In this document: piece by piece, positions 36,651-47,022 of the stretch
Position numbering within the stretch: position 1 is the stretch's first letter
Layout: each line of letters begins with the position of its first letter
DNA from: Chloroflexus sp.
GTDB lineage: Bacteria > Chloroflexota > Chloroflexia > Chloroflexales > Chloroflexaceae
Assembly: GCF_049970315.1 (NCBI RefSeq)
Contig: NZ_JBMFNE010000014.1
Coordinates: forward strand, 18,529-82,528
DNA: 64,000 nt
Direction: 5' to 3'
Translations under genes and position numbers: made by a program
The notes under the pieces: generated by a model
What the model was told of the DNA's origin: nothing
What the model saw: only the letters and a program-made list of their open reading frames with translations
Databases searched by the model: none

Positions 36651-39600
36651 CTCTGTGGCGGCGCCGGCTTGCGTTGCTCAAGCATACGATTGGCGGCGCT
36701 CAACATCGCTTCCACCCGTTCCGTTTCAATTCCCGGCAGCTTCAACATGCGCCGACACAGTTGGCTGGCCTGTCCGTATTCCTCGCGTCGCATGAGCATA
36801 TCGTAGAGCATGAAGTAGGCTTCTAAATCGTTCTGATCGAGGCCAATAATCTGGTGCAGCTCGGCAATCGCATTGTCATAATCGCGTTGTTGGGCAAAAA
36901 TGCGCGCGATCTGTTTCTTTTCGCTGATCGCTTCTTTGGTGCGACGCGAGAGGGTGTGCATGAGGGCCAACCATTGACGCGCATCAACATCGTTAGGTGC
37001 TATCTGTACAATTCGGTTGTACATCTCGCGCGCACGTTCATGATCACTCAACATCCAGTACGTTTGCGCTACTTCCTGTAACGACGCAACGGCATCTTTC
37101 AATTGACCGGCACGTTTTTGTAGTTCACTGACCCGCACCAGCCCGGCTAAACCTTGGTCGAGTTTCCCAACCCGCAGTTGTAAGCGCGCCAACCGGTTAC
37201 TCATGCCGATATGGTTAGGCGCAAGCTGTACTGCGAATTCGAGAAGCTCTATCGCTAAATCCAATTGTTGGCGTTCTTCGTAATATGTTGCCAGCTCGTC
37301 GAGTTGGGCCAATGCCTCGGCGAGCTTACCCTGCCGAAAATAGACGTTCGCCAGCTTGGTGTAGATCGCCCGATCGTATGGCAATAACTTTTTCGCTTCC
37401 AGTAACGCTTGCTCTGCCCCGACTAAGTCATCACTGACCGCATACGCTTCGGCCATGCGACGCACCATATCGCCACGCGACGGTGGAATGGCGAATGGAT
37501 GGCGGATCGATGAGTTGGGCGTTGTCTGCTCGGCAACGGCTTGCCCTTTGCGTAACTGTTCGAGTGCCTGCTCGGCTTGCCCTAACGCAATATAACTATC
37601 GGCGGCTGCGCGATACACGAGGGTGAGTGGAAGCATCGGATCGGGTTCGTTGTTGAGCAAGATTTGAGCTTGTTCAAGCTCAAGGAGAGCCAGATGGTGT
37701 TGCTCGTGCTGTTGTTGGATGATCGCCAGAATATAATGGAGCAACGCGCGGTCGTCGATCAACAGGGCAGCCCGGTATTCCGCTTGAACGGCAGCAAATT
37801 CAGTGGGATGCTTGCGTAATTGCTCCAGAACGGTGGCAAGCGAGTCCCAAATGACATTTGGTTGTTCGCCTATCAGAGCGAGCGTGATGTTGAGCCGTGC
37901 TAGCGCGACCGGATCGTCCGGTGAGCCGAGTTCGAGTGCCTGCCGAAATTCATCGAGTGCGGCTTCAAATCGCTCCAGTTTAAGCAAGGCCAGTCCATAT
38001 TGAGTGTGTACCTCGCGATGTTTGGGCGCCCATTGTAACAAACGGCGAAACTCTTCGAGGGCTTTGTTCGTTTGACCCAAGCGAAAATAGGTATTGGCAA
38101 CCTGTAACGACTGTTCGACAGCTTCATCGATACGGCCAGTCTGCCGTAGTATCTCGGCCAACTTCGAGCGTGCATTTATGGAATCGGGTGATAGCTCGAT
38201 AAAGCGAAAATAGACATCAATCGCCTTTTCGGCTTCGCCTCGTACCTGATACGTCTCGATCAGTAACTGATATTTTGCCAATGCCTCTTCAGGGCGCCCC
38301 TGCCGTTCATAGATCTCGCCCATACGTAAGTGAATGGGTAGATATTCGATATTGTGGTGAATCACCTCCATACAAGCGTCGAGGGCGGCATCGAGCAGAC
38401 CCTGTTCAAGATAGGTGCCACTCAGTTCGAGCCAGCCGGCCGTTACCTCATCAAGACCGGACGGATCGAGCGGCGTCGGCGGTGGAAATGCTGGCGTGGG
38501 TAGGCTGGTCGGCACACTCATCCGCTCGATGATCGGCAATTGTTCAAGCGTTGCTGGTGTGACCTCCGGTGTTACTTCTTCTTCAGAACGCTCACCTGAC
38601 CGCAAGACATCGGTGATCGGGCGCAGCTTGCCCCATCGCTCACTTCCAGGGTCAATTATCGGTGGAGATGGTGGTGGTGCAGCGGGTGCTGGTTGGAGAA
38701 CACCGGTACCGATTGTGCGTAGCTTCGCGAACATATTGCGATCGGCCAGTTCTTTGGCCCGATTTTTGAACTCGGCAGCACGATCGCGCCCCCACCGTTT
38801 ACTGGCTAGAAACTCGGCGAGGGTACCATAGAGCAGTGAGGCACGAGCCAGATCGCCCAGTTGCTCATAGATCGTTGCCGCGCTCTCGTACATTGCAATC
38901 AGGTCATCAACCTCGGCCTTGCCGATAGTTTCGAGATCAACCAGCCCGATGGTCGTCTCAAATTCTTGCGCCGCTTGTGGTAATTGACCGAGGTCTCGAT
39001 AGACTTGACCAAGCGCAAAGTGGGCGGACAGGGCGTATTCGGGGTCGCCGGCTGCGCGCGTGAGAACGCTGACCGCAGCTTTAAGATTACCTTGACTTTG
39101 GTACAGTAACCCGAGTGAATAGAGGACATCGGCCCGTTCGATCCCGGCTTGCACCGCCTGTTCGTACAAAGCGATAGCCCGCTCCTCATCACCCGCTTGC
39201 TGACAAGCCATTGCTTCAGCGACCAACTGCTCAGGTTGTGTATGTGAGCCGCGCGGTGTGCTGGTTGGGTAGGCTGGTCGTAAGCTACTAGTACCGCGAA
39301 GGGAGGGAGACGGTCCGCCCAGTTGTTCGCGTAGGCGCGTCGCCAATTCACGGGCAACGCGGTGATTGGCATCGAGGCGCAAAACCCACTCGACCTCAGA
39401 CAACGCTTCAGCCGTTTCTCCCCGTGCGAGAAGACGTTGAGCCAGTTCAAGATGAGTCTCGGCTGATTCGGCGATGGCGCCAAGGTCTTCATAGAGCTGA
39501 GCCAAGCGCCGACGCTGATCGTCTCGTTCAGGCTGTAACGTCAGTAATTCACGCAACGCTTCAGTTGCTTGCAGCGTGCGCTGCTGGGCGCTATGCAGAG

Positions 39601-39910
39601 CGGCCAGGGCACTGTAGGCCTCGACGGCGGCAGGAATGTTTCCTTGACGACGATAGCACTGAGCGATGTAATTGAGATAGAACGCATTATTTGGGTCGGC
39701 CTCGTACAGATCGCTAAACGCCTGCAATGCTTTATCTAACCGATTCGTTTGGAATAAGGCAACGGCTGCCGCAGTGCGCGCTTCAATATCTTGGGGAAAC
39801 TCTTGTAAAGCGCGCACTGCCGCGCGTAACGAGTCGTCCCAGCGTCCTTTTGCGGATGCCTCGCGGCACTGTTCCATCGCCCGATCAAAGATTGCCCGGT
39901 TGCCTGCCAT
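36647..39910 (-). CDS. Large tetratricopeptide-repeat protein (1087 aa)
   Basis: Many TPR-like helical repeats with two Pro-rich linkers. Its stop codon overlaps the cdaA start. Confidence 0.85.
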   Translation of the reverse strand: MAGNRAIFDRAMEQCREASAKGRWDDSLRAAVRALQEFPQDIEARTAAAVALFQTNRLDKALQAFSDLYEADPNNAFYLNYIAQCYRRQGNIPAAVEAYSALAALHSAQQRTLQATEALRELLTLQPERDDQRRRLAQLYEDLGAIAESAETHLELAQRLLARGETAEALSEVEWVLRLDANHRVARELATRLREQLGGPSPSLRGTSSLRPAYPTSTPRGSHTQPEQLVAEAMACQQAGDEERAIALYEQAVQAGIERADVLYSLGLLYQSQGNLKAAVSVLTRAAGDPEYALSAHFALGQVYRDLGQLPQAAQEFETTIGLVDLETIGKAEVDDLIAMYESAATIYEQLGDLARASLLYGTLAEFLASKRWGRDRAAEFKNRAKELADRNMFAKLRTIGTGVLQPAPAAPPPSPPIIDPGSERWGKLRPITDVLRSGERSEEEVTPEVTPATLEQLPIIERMSVPTSLPTPAFPPPTPLDPSGLDEVTAGWLELSGTYLEQGLLDAALDACMEVIHHNIEYLPIHLRMGEIYERQGRPEEALAKYQLLIETYQVRGEAEKAIDVYFRFIELSPDSINARSKLAEILRQTGRIDEAVEQSLQVANTYFRLGQTNKALEEFRRLLQWAPKHREVHTQYGLALLKLERFEAALDEFRQALELGSPDDPVALARLNITLALIGEQPNVIWDSLATVLEQLRKHPTEFAAVQAEYRAALLIDDRALLHYILAIIQQQHEQHHLALLELEQAQILLNNEPDPMLPLTLVYRAAADSYIALGQAEQALEQLRKGQAVAEQTTPNSSIRHPFAIPPSRGDMVRRMAEAYAVSDDLVGAEQALLEAKKLLPYDRAIYTKLANVYFRQGKLAEALAQLDELATYYEERQQLDLAIELLEFAVQLAPNHIGMSNRLARLQLRVGKLDQGLAGLVRVSELQKRAGQLKDAVASLQEVAQTYWMLSDHERAREMYNRIVQIAPNDVDARQWLALMHTLSRRTKEAISEKKQIARIFAQQRDYDNAIAELHQIIGLDQNDLEAYFMLYDMLMRREEYGQASQLCRRMLKLPGIETERVEAMLSAANRMLEQRKPAPPQS

Positions 39911-39935
39911 AACGCTCTTTCCGCTACTACCGGTG

Positions 39936-40865
39936 CTACTTTCCTAGCAAAAATAAGATCAGCGCTTTTTGAACATGCAAGCGGTTCTCCGCTTGCTCAA
40001 ACACGACCGATTGCGGTCCATCGATCACATCTGCCGTTACCTCTTCACTACGATGCGCCGGTAGACAGTGCATTGCCAGTGCATGCGGTGCAGCATGGGC
40101 CATCAGCGCTGCGTTCACCTGATACGGCGTAAAGACGGGGCGACGACGAGCGGCTTCATGTTCTTGGCCCATCGAAGCCCATACGTCCGTATAGACGGCA
40201 TCCGCACCACTCACCGCCTCAATCGGCGAAGTAGTGATCGTGAGGGTCGCATCGTGTTGGTTGGCTAACTGCTCGGTCAGTTCGGTAATGTCAGGAGCGG
40301 GACGATAATCCATCGGACACCCAACCCGTACATTGACGCCTAATGTCGCCCCTAATAACATCAACGAGTGGCACACGTTATTGCCATCACCAACGTAGGC
40401 TAGCGTTAAACCTTGCAACCGGCCAAACCGTTCGCGGAGTGTCAGCATATCGGCCAGTGCCTGACACGGATGCTCTCGGTCGGACAGTGCATTGATCACC
40501 GGTACCGTTGCATAGCGAGCGAGCGTCTCAACTGTTGCGTGCTTGAAGACACGTGCAGCGATAATCGCTACCCAACGGCTCAGGTTCCGTGCCACATCAG
40601 GAACACTCTCGCGTCCGCCCATATCGATGTCATTGGCGGAAAGGTACGACGGATGACCACCAAGTTGAGTCATTCCGGCCTCGAACGCCACTCGCGTGCG
40701 CAACGAAGGCTTCTCGAAGACCAATGCAAGCGTCTGTCCCAACAACGGTCGGTCGCTGGTAACACCGGCACGCCACGTAGCTTTCAACGCTGCTGCCCGG
40801 TCGAGCAACGCTTCGGCTTCAGCACGGTTCAGATCGGCCGCTGAGAGAAAATGTCGCAACGTCAT
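39936..40865 (-). CDS. argF: Ornithine carbamoyltransferase
   Basis: FEKPSLRTR, HPCQALAD, GDGNNV, TDVWASMG, HCLP. Confidence 0.93.
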   Translation of the reverse strand: MTLRHFLSAADLNRAEAEALLDRAAALKATWRAGVTSDRPLLGQTLALVFEKPSLRTRVAFEAGMTQLGGHPSYLSANDIDMGGRESVPDVARNLSRWVAIIAARVFKHATVETLARYATVPVINALSDREHPCQALADMLTLRERFGRLQGLTLAYVGDGNNVCHSLMLLGATLGVNVRVGCPMDYRPAPDITELTEQLANQHDATLTITTSPIEAVSGADAVYTDVWASMGQEHEAARRRPVFTPYQVNAALMAHAAPHALAMHCLPAHRSEEVTADVIDGPQSVVFEQAENRLHVQKALILFLLGK

Positions 40866-40915
40866 AAGGCTATACTTTCTGTTCTCACGTTGCCATCGAC
40901 TGGTTCCAGGTGGTG

Positions 40916-41758
40916 TTACGGTTGCGACCGAGATTGGTCGTTCCGTCGCCGACGCGGATGGTACCGCTGTTCAAGGCTTAAACGGCGGTAATCACCCGCC
41001 TCAATAATGATGCGTTCCCGGCAGATGGCAGCATCAAACATCCGGGAAAGGATGCGCGGATCGATATCCTTCGGGTCACGATTACTGGTGATCACCGTCG
41101 GTAGAGCATAATTATACCGATGGTTCATGATCTGGTAAAGTTTTTCGCGCGCCCACGGCGTGGTGTTTTCGGTGCCGAGATCGTCGAGGATCAAGAGAGC
41201 GACGTCCCGAACGAGTTCAAAGCGTTCGTCGTAGGCCGTCTCCGAATTCGGCCCGAAGGTCGACCGAAGATGATCGAGTAAGTCGGGCACGACGGTGAAT
41301 AACACCGGCATGTGCCGTTCGAGTGCCTCGTTGGCAATGGCTGCCGCCAGATGAGTCTTCCCACAGCCATAGCCGCCGAATAAGATCAGCCAACCTTGAG
41401 GGTTTTGCGCATATTCAAAAGCGCGGGCAAAGGCCCGTTGTACGCCGGGGACAGTGCGGTCAAAGTTGGCAAAGATCTTATCACGGAGTGGTGCGAGGTT
41501 CGAGAGCCGTTCCAGTTCTTCATAACGGCGACGCTCTTTTTCTGCCTGCTTACAGCGACAAGTGATTAATACGCCGAAGTTCGGATCTCCGTATCGCACA
41601 TCGAGCGTGTAATAGCCTGCTCCCCGACAAATCGGACACACCGACTCAGAGGTCGCTTTCGTCGCTTCCGCGGCGGAAGAGGTGTCCGAGTTGTCCGCCG
41701 GTATATTTTTCAATATCGATAGGTCGTCCGGCCTGATACGGCGTAGTTTCTCGTCCAT
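40916..41758 (-). CDS. DnaC/IstB-like ATP-binding helicase loader
   Basis: CPIC...C.C zinc motif, GGYGCGKTHLAAAI, LLILDDLG, TVITSN. SD GAGGTG upstream of the ATG at 41758. Confidence 0.85.
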   Translation of the reverse strand: MDEKLRRIRPDDLSILKNIPADNSDTSSAAEATKATSESVCPICRGAGYYTLDVRYGDPNFGVLITCRCKQAEKERRRYEELERLSNLAPLRDKIFANFDRTVPGVQRAFARAFEYAQNPQGWLILFGGYGCGKTHLAAAIANEALERHMPVLFTVVPDLLDHLRSTFGPNSETAYDERFELVRDVALLILDDLGTENTTPWAREKLYQIMNHRYNYALPTVITSNRDPKDIDPRILSRMFDAAICRERIIIEAGDYRRLSLEQRYHPRRRRNDQSRSQP

Positions 41759-42353
41759 TGGCGGCCCACCTCTCCAGCATGCGCTGAATATAACGCCACG
41801 AACGTACATTCGCTCGCACAGCTTCGCGGATGGCGTCTTCAAGCCATTCCGCAGGGTAACGGTCGCTGGCGGTACGTAATTCTTCAAGCAGCAGCGGCGT
41901 GACTAGTCCGATATTTTGTTCGTACAACTCGATGATGCCCGGCCGTTCCGCCGGTTCCTCGAAGGGTGGAACGATCCCACTTGTCCCCATGCGCTCGATC
42001 CATTGTCGGTTGGTCGGGGTATTGATCAGGTACCAGTTGCGTACCCGCCCGTCGAGTGGTTCGACAAAATGCAGGACGGTGCCACGCCGGACTGCTGCGG
42101 CTAAACCTTCCTCGAGCAGCTCCTCGAATGAACGGAGCGAACTGAGGGCCTGCAATGAACGACGGAGCGGTTCGTCACGGTACAGATCGTCCCAACTGAT
42201 CCGACGGGGACGGCTACGCTGCCGACTAAGCCGGTAGAACAGGTGCAGTGTCACTTTGAGTTCGCTCGGTTTAGTGATCGCCGGTAAGACGTCGGTGAAA
42301 AATTCCGGCGGTATACCGATGAGTCGTTCGGTTGTGAAGCCATGAAAGGTCAT
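41646..42353 (-). CDS. dnaD: DnaD/DnaB_2 domain primosomal protein
   Basis: YEQNIGLVTP...EEL...YPAEWLEDAIREAV...SWRYIQRMLERW. RBS AGGAG. Confidence 0.8.
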   Translation of the reverse strand: MTFHGFTTERLIGIPPEFFTDVLPAITKPSELKVTLHLFYRLSRQRSRPRRISWDDLYRDEPLRRSLQALSSLRSFEELLEEGLAAAVRRGTVLHFVEPLDGRVRNWYLINTPTNRQWIERMGTSGIVPPFEEPAERPGIIELYEQNIGLVTPLLLEELRTASDRYPAEWLEDAIREAVRANVRSWRYIQRMLERWAANGRETTPYQAGRPIDIEKYTGGQLGHLFRRGSDESDL

Positions 42354-42458
42354 ACTGCTCCTGTGTTCGGCAGGTGCCGGCCGTAGCAGCTTCATGATAC
42401 CTTGCTTTTGCTATTCATGCTACCATATGTCGCCACTGTGCAAATTCCGTGCAAAGTA

Positions 42459-42487
42459 TTGACAAAATCTGTGAACGGCCATATAAT
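42459..42487 (+). promoter_or_regulatory. Perfect-consensus sigma70 promoter of the MFS gene
   Basis: TTGACA, 17 bp spacer, TATAAT. Confidence 0.8.
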
Positions 42488-42540
42488 TTGCACAGCAAAC
42501 CTTTTTGGTTGCAATCTAATCAACAGTAAGGTTCTCTTCT

Positions 42541-43824
42541 ATGAAACGCCATTCACCACTCCTATTTATCTTTCTCACAATTTTTATCGACCTCCTCGGC
42601 GTCGGTATTGTATTGCCGTTGCTGCCTGAATATGTCAAAATCGTCGAACGCTCAAGTTGGTCGTGGTTGGCCGATAACCGTGCTCTGGTGGTCGGTGCGC
42701 TCACTGCTTCGTATGCGTTGATGCAGTTTCTCTTTGCGCCAATCCTTGGTGCGTTAAGCGATCGTTTCGGACGCCGACCGATATTGTTGCTGAGTCTGTT
42801 TGGGGTCGGTCTGAGTTATCTCGTTTTTGCCGTCGCCGAAAACCTGACGTTCCTCGGTGTCGAGACGGTTATCGGGTTGCTGTTCCTTGCCCGTATTACT
42901 GCCGGTATCACCGGCGCCAGCATCAGCACAGCGCAGGCGTACATTGCCGATGTTACACCTCCCAGTGAGCGTGCGCGTGGACTGGGGATGATCGGCGCTG
43001 CCTTTGGACTCGGTTTTATACTTGGCCCGGCTATCGGTGGCCTCCTTGTGAACATTAGCTTGCAGGCACCGGCGCTGTTCGCTGCTGCACTCAGCTTTGC
43101 TAACGTTATGTTTGGCTTCTTCCGCTTGCCCGAATCGTTGCCACCAGAGAAGCGGATGCGGTCGGTGTCACGCAATCTGAATCCGGTTACTCGTCTAACG
43201 GCTGTCGCGCGCGATCCTCGTGTTCAACCTTTTATCTTCGGTAGTGTGTTATTTAATCTTGCCTTTGCCGGCCTGCAAAGCAATTTTCCGGTCTACAGCG
43301 ACGTGCGCTTTGGGTTTAGCCCACAGCAGAATGCGATCGTTTTTGCCTTCATCGGGTTGATTGCGGTGTTGGTGCAGGGCTTTCTTATCCGCAAATTGGT
43401 GGCACGCTTCGGCGAGGCTCGCCTGGCTCTGGCCGGTCTGACTCTGATGGCCCTCGGCTTTGCTGCGACCGGTCTCGCGCCTGCGAGTTGGATGCTCTTC
43501 CCGGCAATCGGGATCGTGGCCCTGGGTAGTGGTATGCTTACTCCATCGCTGACCAGCCTGATTTCGCAGTCGGTGTCGGCTACCGAGCAAGGCGCGATTC
43601 TCGGTGGAGTGCAGTCGTTTAATAGCCTCACGATGGTGCTAGGGCCGCTGCTGGCCGGTACCCTGTTTGACCTGATTGCGCCGAATGCGCCATACCTGTT
43701 TGGGGCGGTCTTGCTGACCGGTGCGCTCACAGTTCTGCTCTCTACCCTGCGTCAGCGCTTTGTTACGATACCGCAGCCCGATACCGTGGTGGTTACTGTC
43801 GATACGCCGGTTCACGTTGAGTAG
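42541..43824 (+). CDS. TetA-like MFS drug/H+ antiporter
   Basis: IDLLGVGIVLPLLP, GALSDRFGRRPILL motif A, AYIADVT...RARGLG, GPAIGG. Confidence 0.88.
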   Translation: MKRHSPLLFIFLTIFIDLLGVGIVLPLLPEYVKIVERSSWSWLADNRALVVGALTASYALMQFLFAPILGALSDRFGRRPILLLSLFGVGLSYLVFAVAENLTFLGVETVIGLLFLARITAGITGASISTAQAYIADVTPPSERARGLGMIGAAFGLGFILGPAIGGLLVNISLQAPALFAAALSFANVMFGFFRLPESLPPEKRMRSVSRNLNPVTRLTAVARDPRVQPFIFGSVLFNLAFAGLQSNFPVYSDVRFGFSPQQNAIVFAFIGLIAVLVQGFLIRKLVARFGEARLALAGLTLMALGFAATGLAPASWMLFPAIGIVALGSGMLTPSLTSLISQSVSATEQGAILGGVQSFNSLTMVLGPLLAGTLFDLIAPNAPYLFGAVLLTGALTVLLSTLRQRFVTIPQPDTVVVTVDTPVHVE

Positions 43825-43969
43825 TCTGTTTGTTCTGGCCGAACGTGGTATACGTGGTATACTAAGAATAGATCGTTACAGTGAGCCGCACTCGGTGCGG
43901 CTCGCAATATGAACGGCGTCGCCGGTGGGGCGGCGCTTTCGCTTCTACAGCATCAGCGTGGAGACGGTC

Positions 43970-46894
43970 GTGGCTAAGTCGACAATCGTGATCAAAGGTG
44001 CACGGGAACATAATCTCAAGGGGATCGATCTTGAGATACCCCGTGATCGGTTGGTGGTCTTGACCGGAGTGAGCGGTTCGGGCAAGAGTTCGCTGGCGTT
44101 TGATACCCTCTATGCTGAAGGTCAGCGGCGCTACGTTGAGAGCCTGTCGGCCTATGCGCGCCAATTCCTTGGGCAAATGGAGAAGCCACAGGTCGATCTG
44201 ATCGAGGGTTTGTCACCTGCTATCGCTATTGAGCAGAAGAGCGCCAGCAAGAATCCTCGTTCGACGGTTGGTACTGTTACCGAGATTTACGACTATCTGC
44301 GGTTGTTGTTTGCCCGTGTCGGTCAGCAGTATTGTCACCGCTGTGGTCAGCCGGTGGCGGCTCAATCGGCCCAGCAGATGGTGGATCGTATCTTGACCTT
44401 GCCGTCGGGGACACGCTTTGTCGTATTAGCACCGGTTGTATCGCAGCGTAAGGGTGAGTATAAAGATATTTTCGCCGAAGCTAAAGCCGAAGGTTTTGTC
44501 CGTGTACGTGTTGATGGCGAAATTCGCTCTCTTGATGAAGAAATTAAGCTGAATAAGAAGGTAAAACACTCCATCGAGATTGTTGTCGATCGTTTAGCCA
44601 TACCCTCAACCACTGATAACGGTGACCTCGCCGGGTTCACGACGCGTCTCACCGATAGTATTGAGACGGCATTGCGGGTTGGTGAAGGCAAAGTTCTGAT
44701 CAGCCTCGCCGATCAACCGTCTGATCCCGATCAGCCACGCGAATGGATGATGAGTGAGAGCAATACCTGTCTCGCGTGTGGCATTTCTTTCCCCGAACTG
44801 ACGCCTCAGATGTTCTCGTTTAACTCGCCGCAAGGCGCGTGTCCGACCTGTACCGGGCTTGGCTTCCGGCTTGAGGTCGATCCGGCCCTGCTTGTCCCCA
44901 ATGGAGCCTTGTCAATTCACGATGGTGCAGTGACGTATTGGGGGGAGATGCGTAAAAAACAGGACACGTGGGCCTACAAGGCGTTGCAGGCAATAGCCGC
45001 TCATTACCACATCGATCTCGATGCACCTTGGGACTCGCTCAGCCAAGCTCAACGCGATGTGATTATCTACGGTAGTGGTCACGAACGGATCCGCTTTACC
45101 TGGGCACACGAGGGCGGTTCGCGTGGTGAGTACTATCGCACATGGGAAGGATTGGCCAGCGAGATCCGGCGGCGTTATATGCAGAGCGGCTCGGATGTGA
45201 TGCAAGAGCACTATGCTCAGTACATGAGTGAGCAGCCGTGTCCTGATTGTCAGGGTGCTCGGCTGCGTCCAGAAAGTCTGGCTGTGCGCGTGGCCGGTCG
45301 CTCGATCCGTGATGTGACGCGCATGAATATTTCCCAGGCCCTTGATTGGGCGCGAGAGTTGCCAAATTATCTCAGCGAGACTCAACGACACATCGTTGAT
45401 GATGTGTTGAAGGAGATCCGTGAACGACTCGGCTTTTTGCACAATGTTGGCTTGCACTATCTCACCCTCGACCGCGCTGCACCAACGTTGTCCGGCGGTG
45501 AAGCACAGCGCATCCGCCTTGCTTCGCAGATCGGCTCAGGGCTGGTCGGCGTTATGTACATCCTCGATGAGCCGAGCATTGGTCTCCACCAGCGTGATAA
45601 TCGTAAACTCCTCGACTCACTGCTGCGTCTGCGCGATCTAGGCAATACCTTGATCGTCGTTGAACATGACCTTGAGACGATGCAGGCCGCCGATTGGATT
45701 ATCGACTTTGGTCCCGGCGCCGGTGTGAAGGGTGGTCAAGTCGTGACGGCCGGTACGCCAGAGCAGGTGGCGCAACATCCGACATCGCTCACCGGTCAGT
45801 ATTTGTCGGGACGCCTTACTATTCCGGTGCCGACGACCCGTCGCCGTCCTGATAACGGCTGGTTGACGATTGAAGGAGCTACGCTCAATAATTTGCGCGA
45901 TGTGACGGTAAGTTTTCCGCTCGGCTGTTTTATCGCCGTGACCGGTGTTTCCGGTTCGGGTAAATCATCGCTGATCACCGAGACACTGTATCCGGCGTTG
46001 GCTAATCGACTCAACCGTGCCCAGCTTAAACCTGGCCCCTTCCGTGCGCTCCACGGTCTCGAACGACTCGATAAGGTGATCAATATCGATCAGCAGCCCA
46101 TCGGGCGTACACCTCGTTCCAATCCGGCTACTTACGTGAAGCTGTTCGATCTGCTCCGTGAGCTGTTTGCCGAAACACCCGAAGCGAAGCTACGTGGCTA
46201 CGGTCCCGGACGGTTCAGTTTTAACTTGCGTGGTGGACGGTGCGAGGCTTGTGAAGGGAACGGTGAAATTAAGATCGACATGCAGTTCCTCGCCGATGTA
46301 TGGGTGCGGTGTGCTGAATGTAAGGGAAAGCGCTATAATCGCGAGACGTTACAGGTTAAGTACAAAGGTAAGACGATTGCCGACGTGCTTGAGATGGATG
46401 TGCAAACTGCCCTCGAGTTTTTTGCCAATGTCCCACGAGTACGTCGTATCTTGCAGACCTTACACGATGTTGGTCTCGATTATATCAAACTCGGTCAGCC
46501 GGCCACTACCCTTTCTGGCGGTGAGGCGCAACGGGTGAAGTTAGCCAAGGAATTGGCCCGCGTTGCCACCGGTCGAACCATTTACATTCTTGATGAGCCA
46601 ACGACCGGTTTGCACTTTGCCGATATTCAACATTTGTTGCAAGTTTTGCATCGTTTGGTTGATGCCGGCAATACGGTGGTTGTGATCGAGCATAACCTTG
46701 ATGTGATTAAGACGGCTGACTATGTGATCGATATGGGGCCAGAGGGTGGTGATGGTGGTGGTGAGGTAGTGGCGCTTGGTACACCAGAAGAGGTTGCACG
46801 TCATCCGTCTTCGCACACGGGGCGATTCTTGCGTGAGATCCTCGAAGCGGTCGGTTTGGTGGGTGTTGGCGATAGCCAAACGTATGTGGATTAG
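43970..46894 (+). CDS. uvrA: Excinuclease ABC subunit A
   Basis: GAREHNLK, two GVSGSGKSS Walker A motifs, LSGGEAQR twice, zinc fingers. GTG start. Confidence 0.97.
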   Translation: MAKSTIVIKGAREHNLKGIDLEIPRDRLVVLTGVSGSGKSSLAFDTLYAEGQRRYVESLSAYARQFLGQMEKPQVDLIEGLSPAIAIEQKSASKNPRSTVGTVTEIYDYLRLLFARVGQQYCHRCGQPVAAQSAQQMVDRILTLPSGTRFVVLAPVVSQRKGEYKDIFAEAKAEGFVRVRVDGEIRSLDEEIKLNKKVKHSIEIVVDRLAIPSTTDNGDLAGFTTRLTDSIETALRVGEGKVLISLADQPSDPDQPREWMMSESNTCLACGISFPELTPQMFSFNSPQGACPTCTGLGFRLEVDPALLVPNGALSIHDGAVTYWGEMRKKQDTWAYKALQAIAAHYHIDLDAPWDSLSQAQRDVIIYGSGHERIRFTWAHEGGSRGEYYRTWEGLASEIRRRYMQSGSDVMQEHYAQYMSEQPCPDCQGARLRPESLAVRVAGRSIRDVTRMNISQALDWARELPNYLSETQRHIVDDVLKEIRERLGFLHNVGLHYLTLDRAAPTLSGGEAQRIRLASQIGSGLVGVMYILDEPSIGLHQRDNRKLLDSLLRLRDLGNTLIVVEHDLETMQAADWIIDFGPGAGVKGGQVVTAGTPEQVAQHPTSLTGQYLSGRLTIPVPTTRRRPDNGWLTIEGATLNNLRDVTVSFPLGCFIAVTGVSGSGKSSLITETLYPALANRLNRAQLKPGPFRALHGLERLDKVINIDQQPIGRTPRSNPATYVKLFDLLRELFAETPEAKLRGYGPGRFSFNLRGGRCEACEGNGEIKIDMQFLADVWVRCAECKGKRYNRETLQVKYKGKTIADVLEMDVQTALEFFANVPRVRRILQTLHDVGLDYIKLGQPATTLSGGEAQRVKLAKELARVATGRTIYILDEPTTGLHFADIQHLLQVLHRLVDAGNTVVVIEHNLDVIKTADYVIDMGPEGGDGGGEVVALGTPEEVARHPSSHTGRFLREILEAVGLVGVGDSQTYVD

Positions 46895-47022
46895 ATTAAT
46901 GGTTGGCATGACCGAAAGATGTTGATGGCACGGTAGCGACCAGAATATATTTTCGGTGAGGGGGCCGGTGCCGACGCACTGCGCCCCTTCTACACCCACA
47001 TCTGCTCCCGTCGCTGCCGCTT

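Noticed and set aside
39936-40865. N-acetyl- or N-succinyl-ornithine transcarbamylase, suggested by SLRT
   Set aside because: The DxxxSMG ornithine-binding loop and HCLP are present, as in ordinary ArgF.
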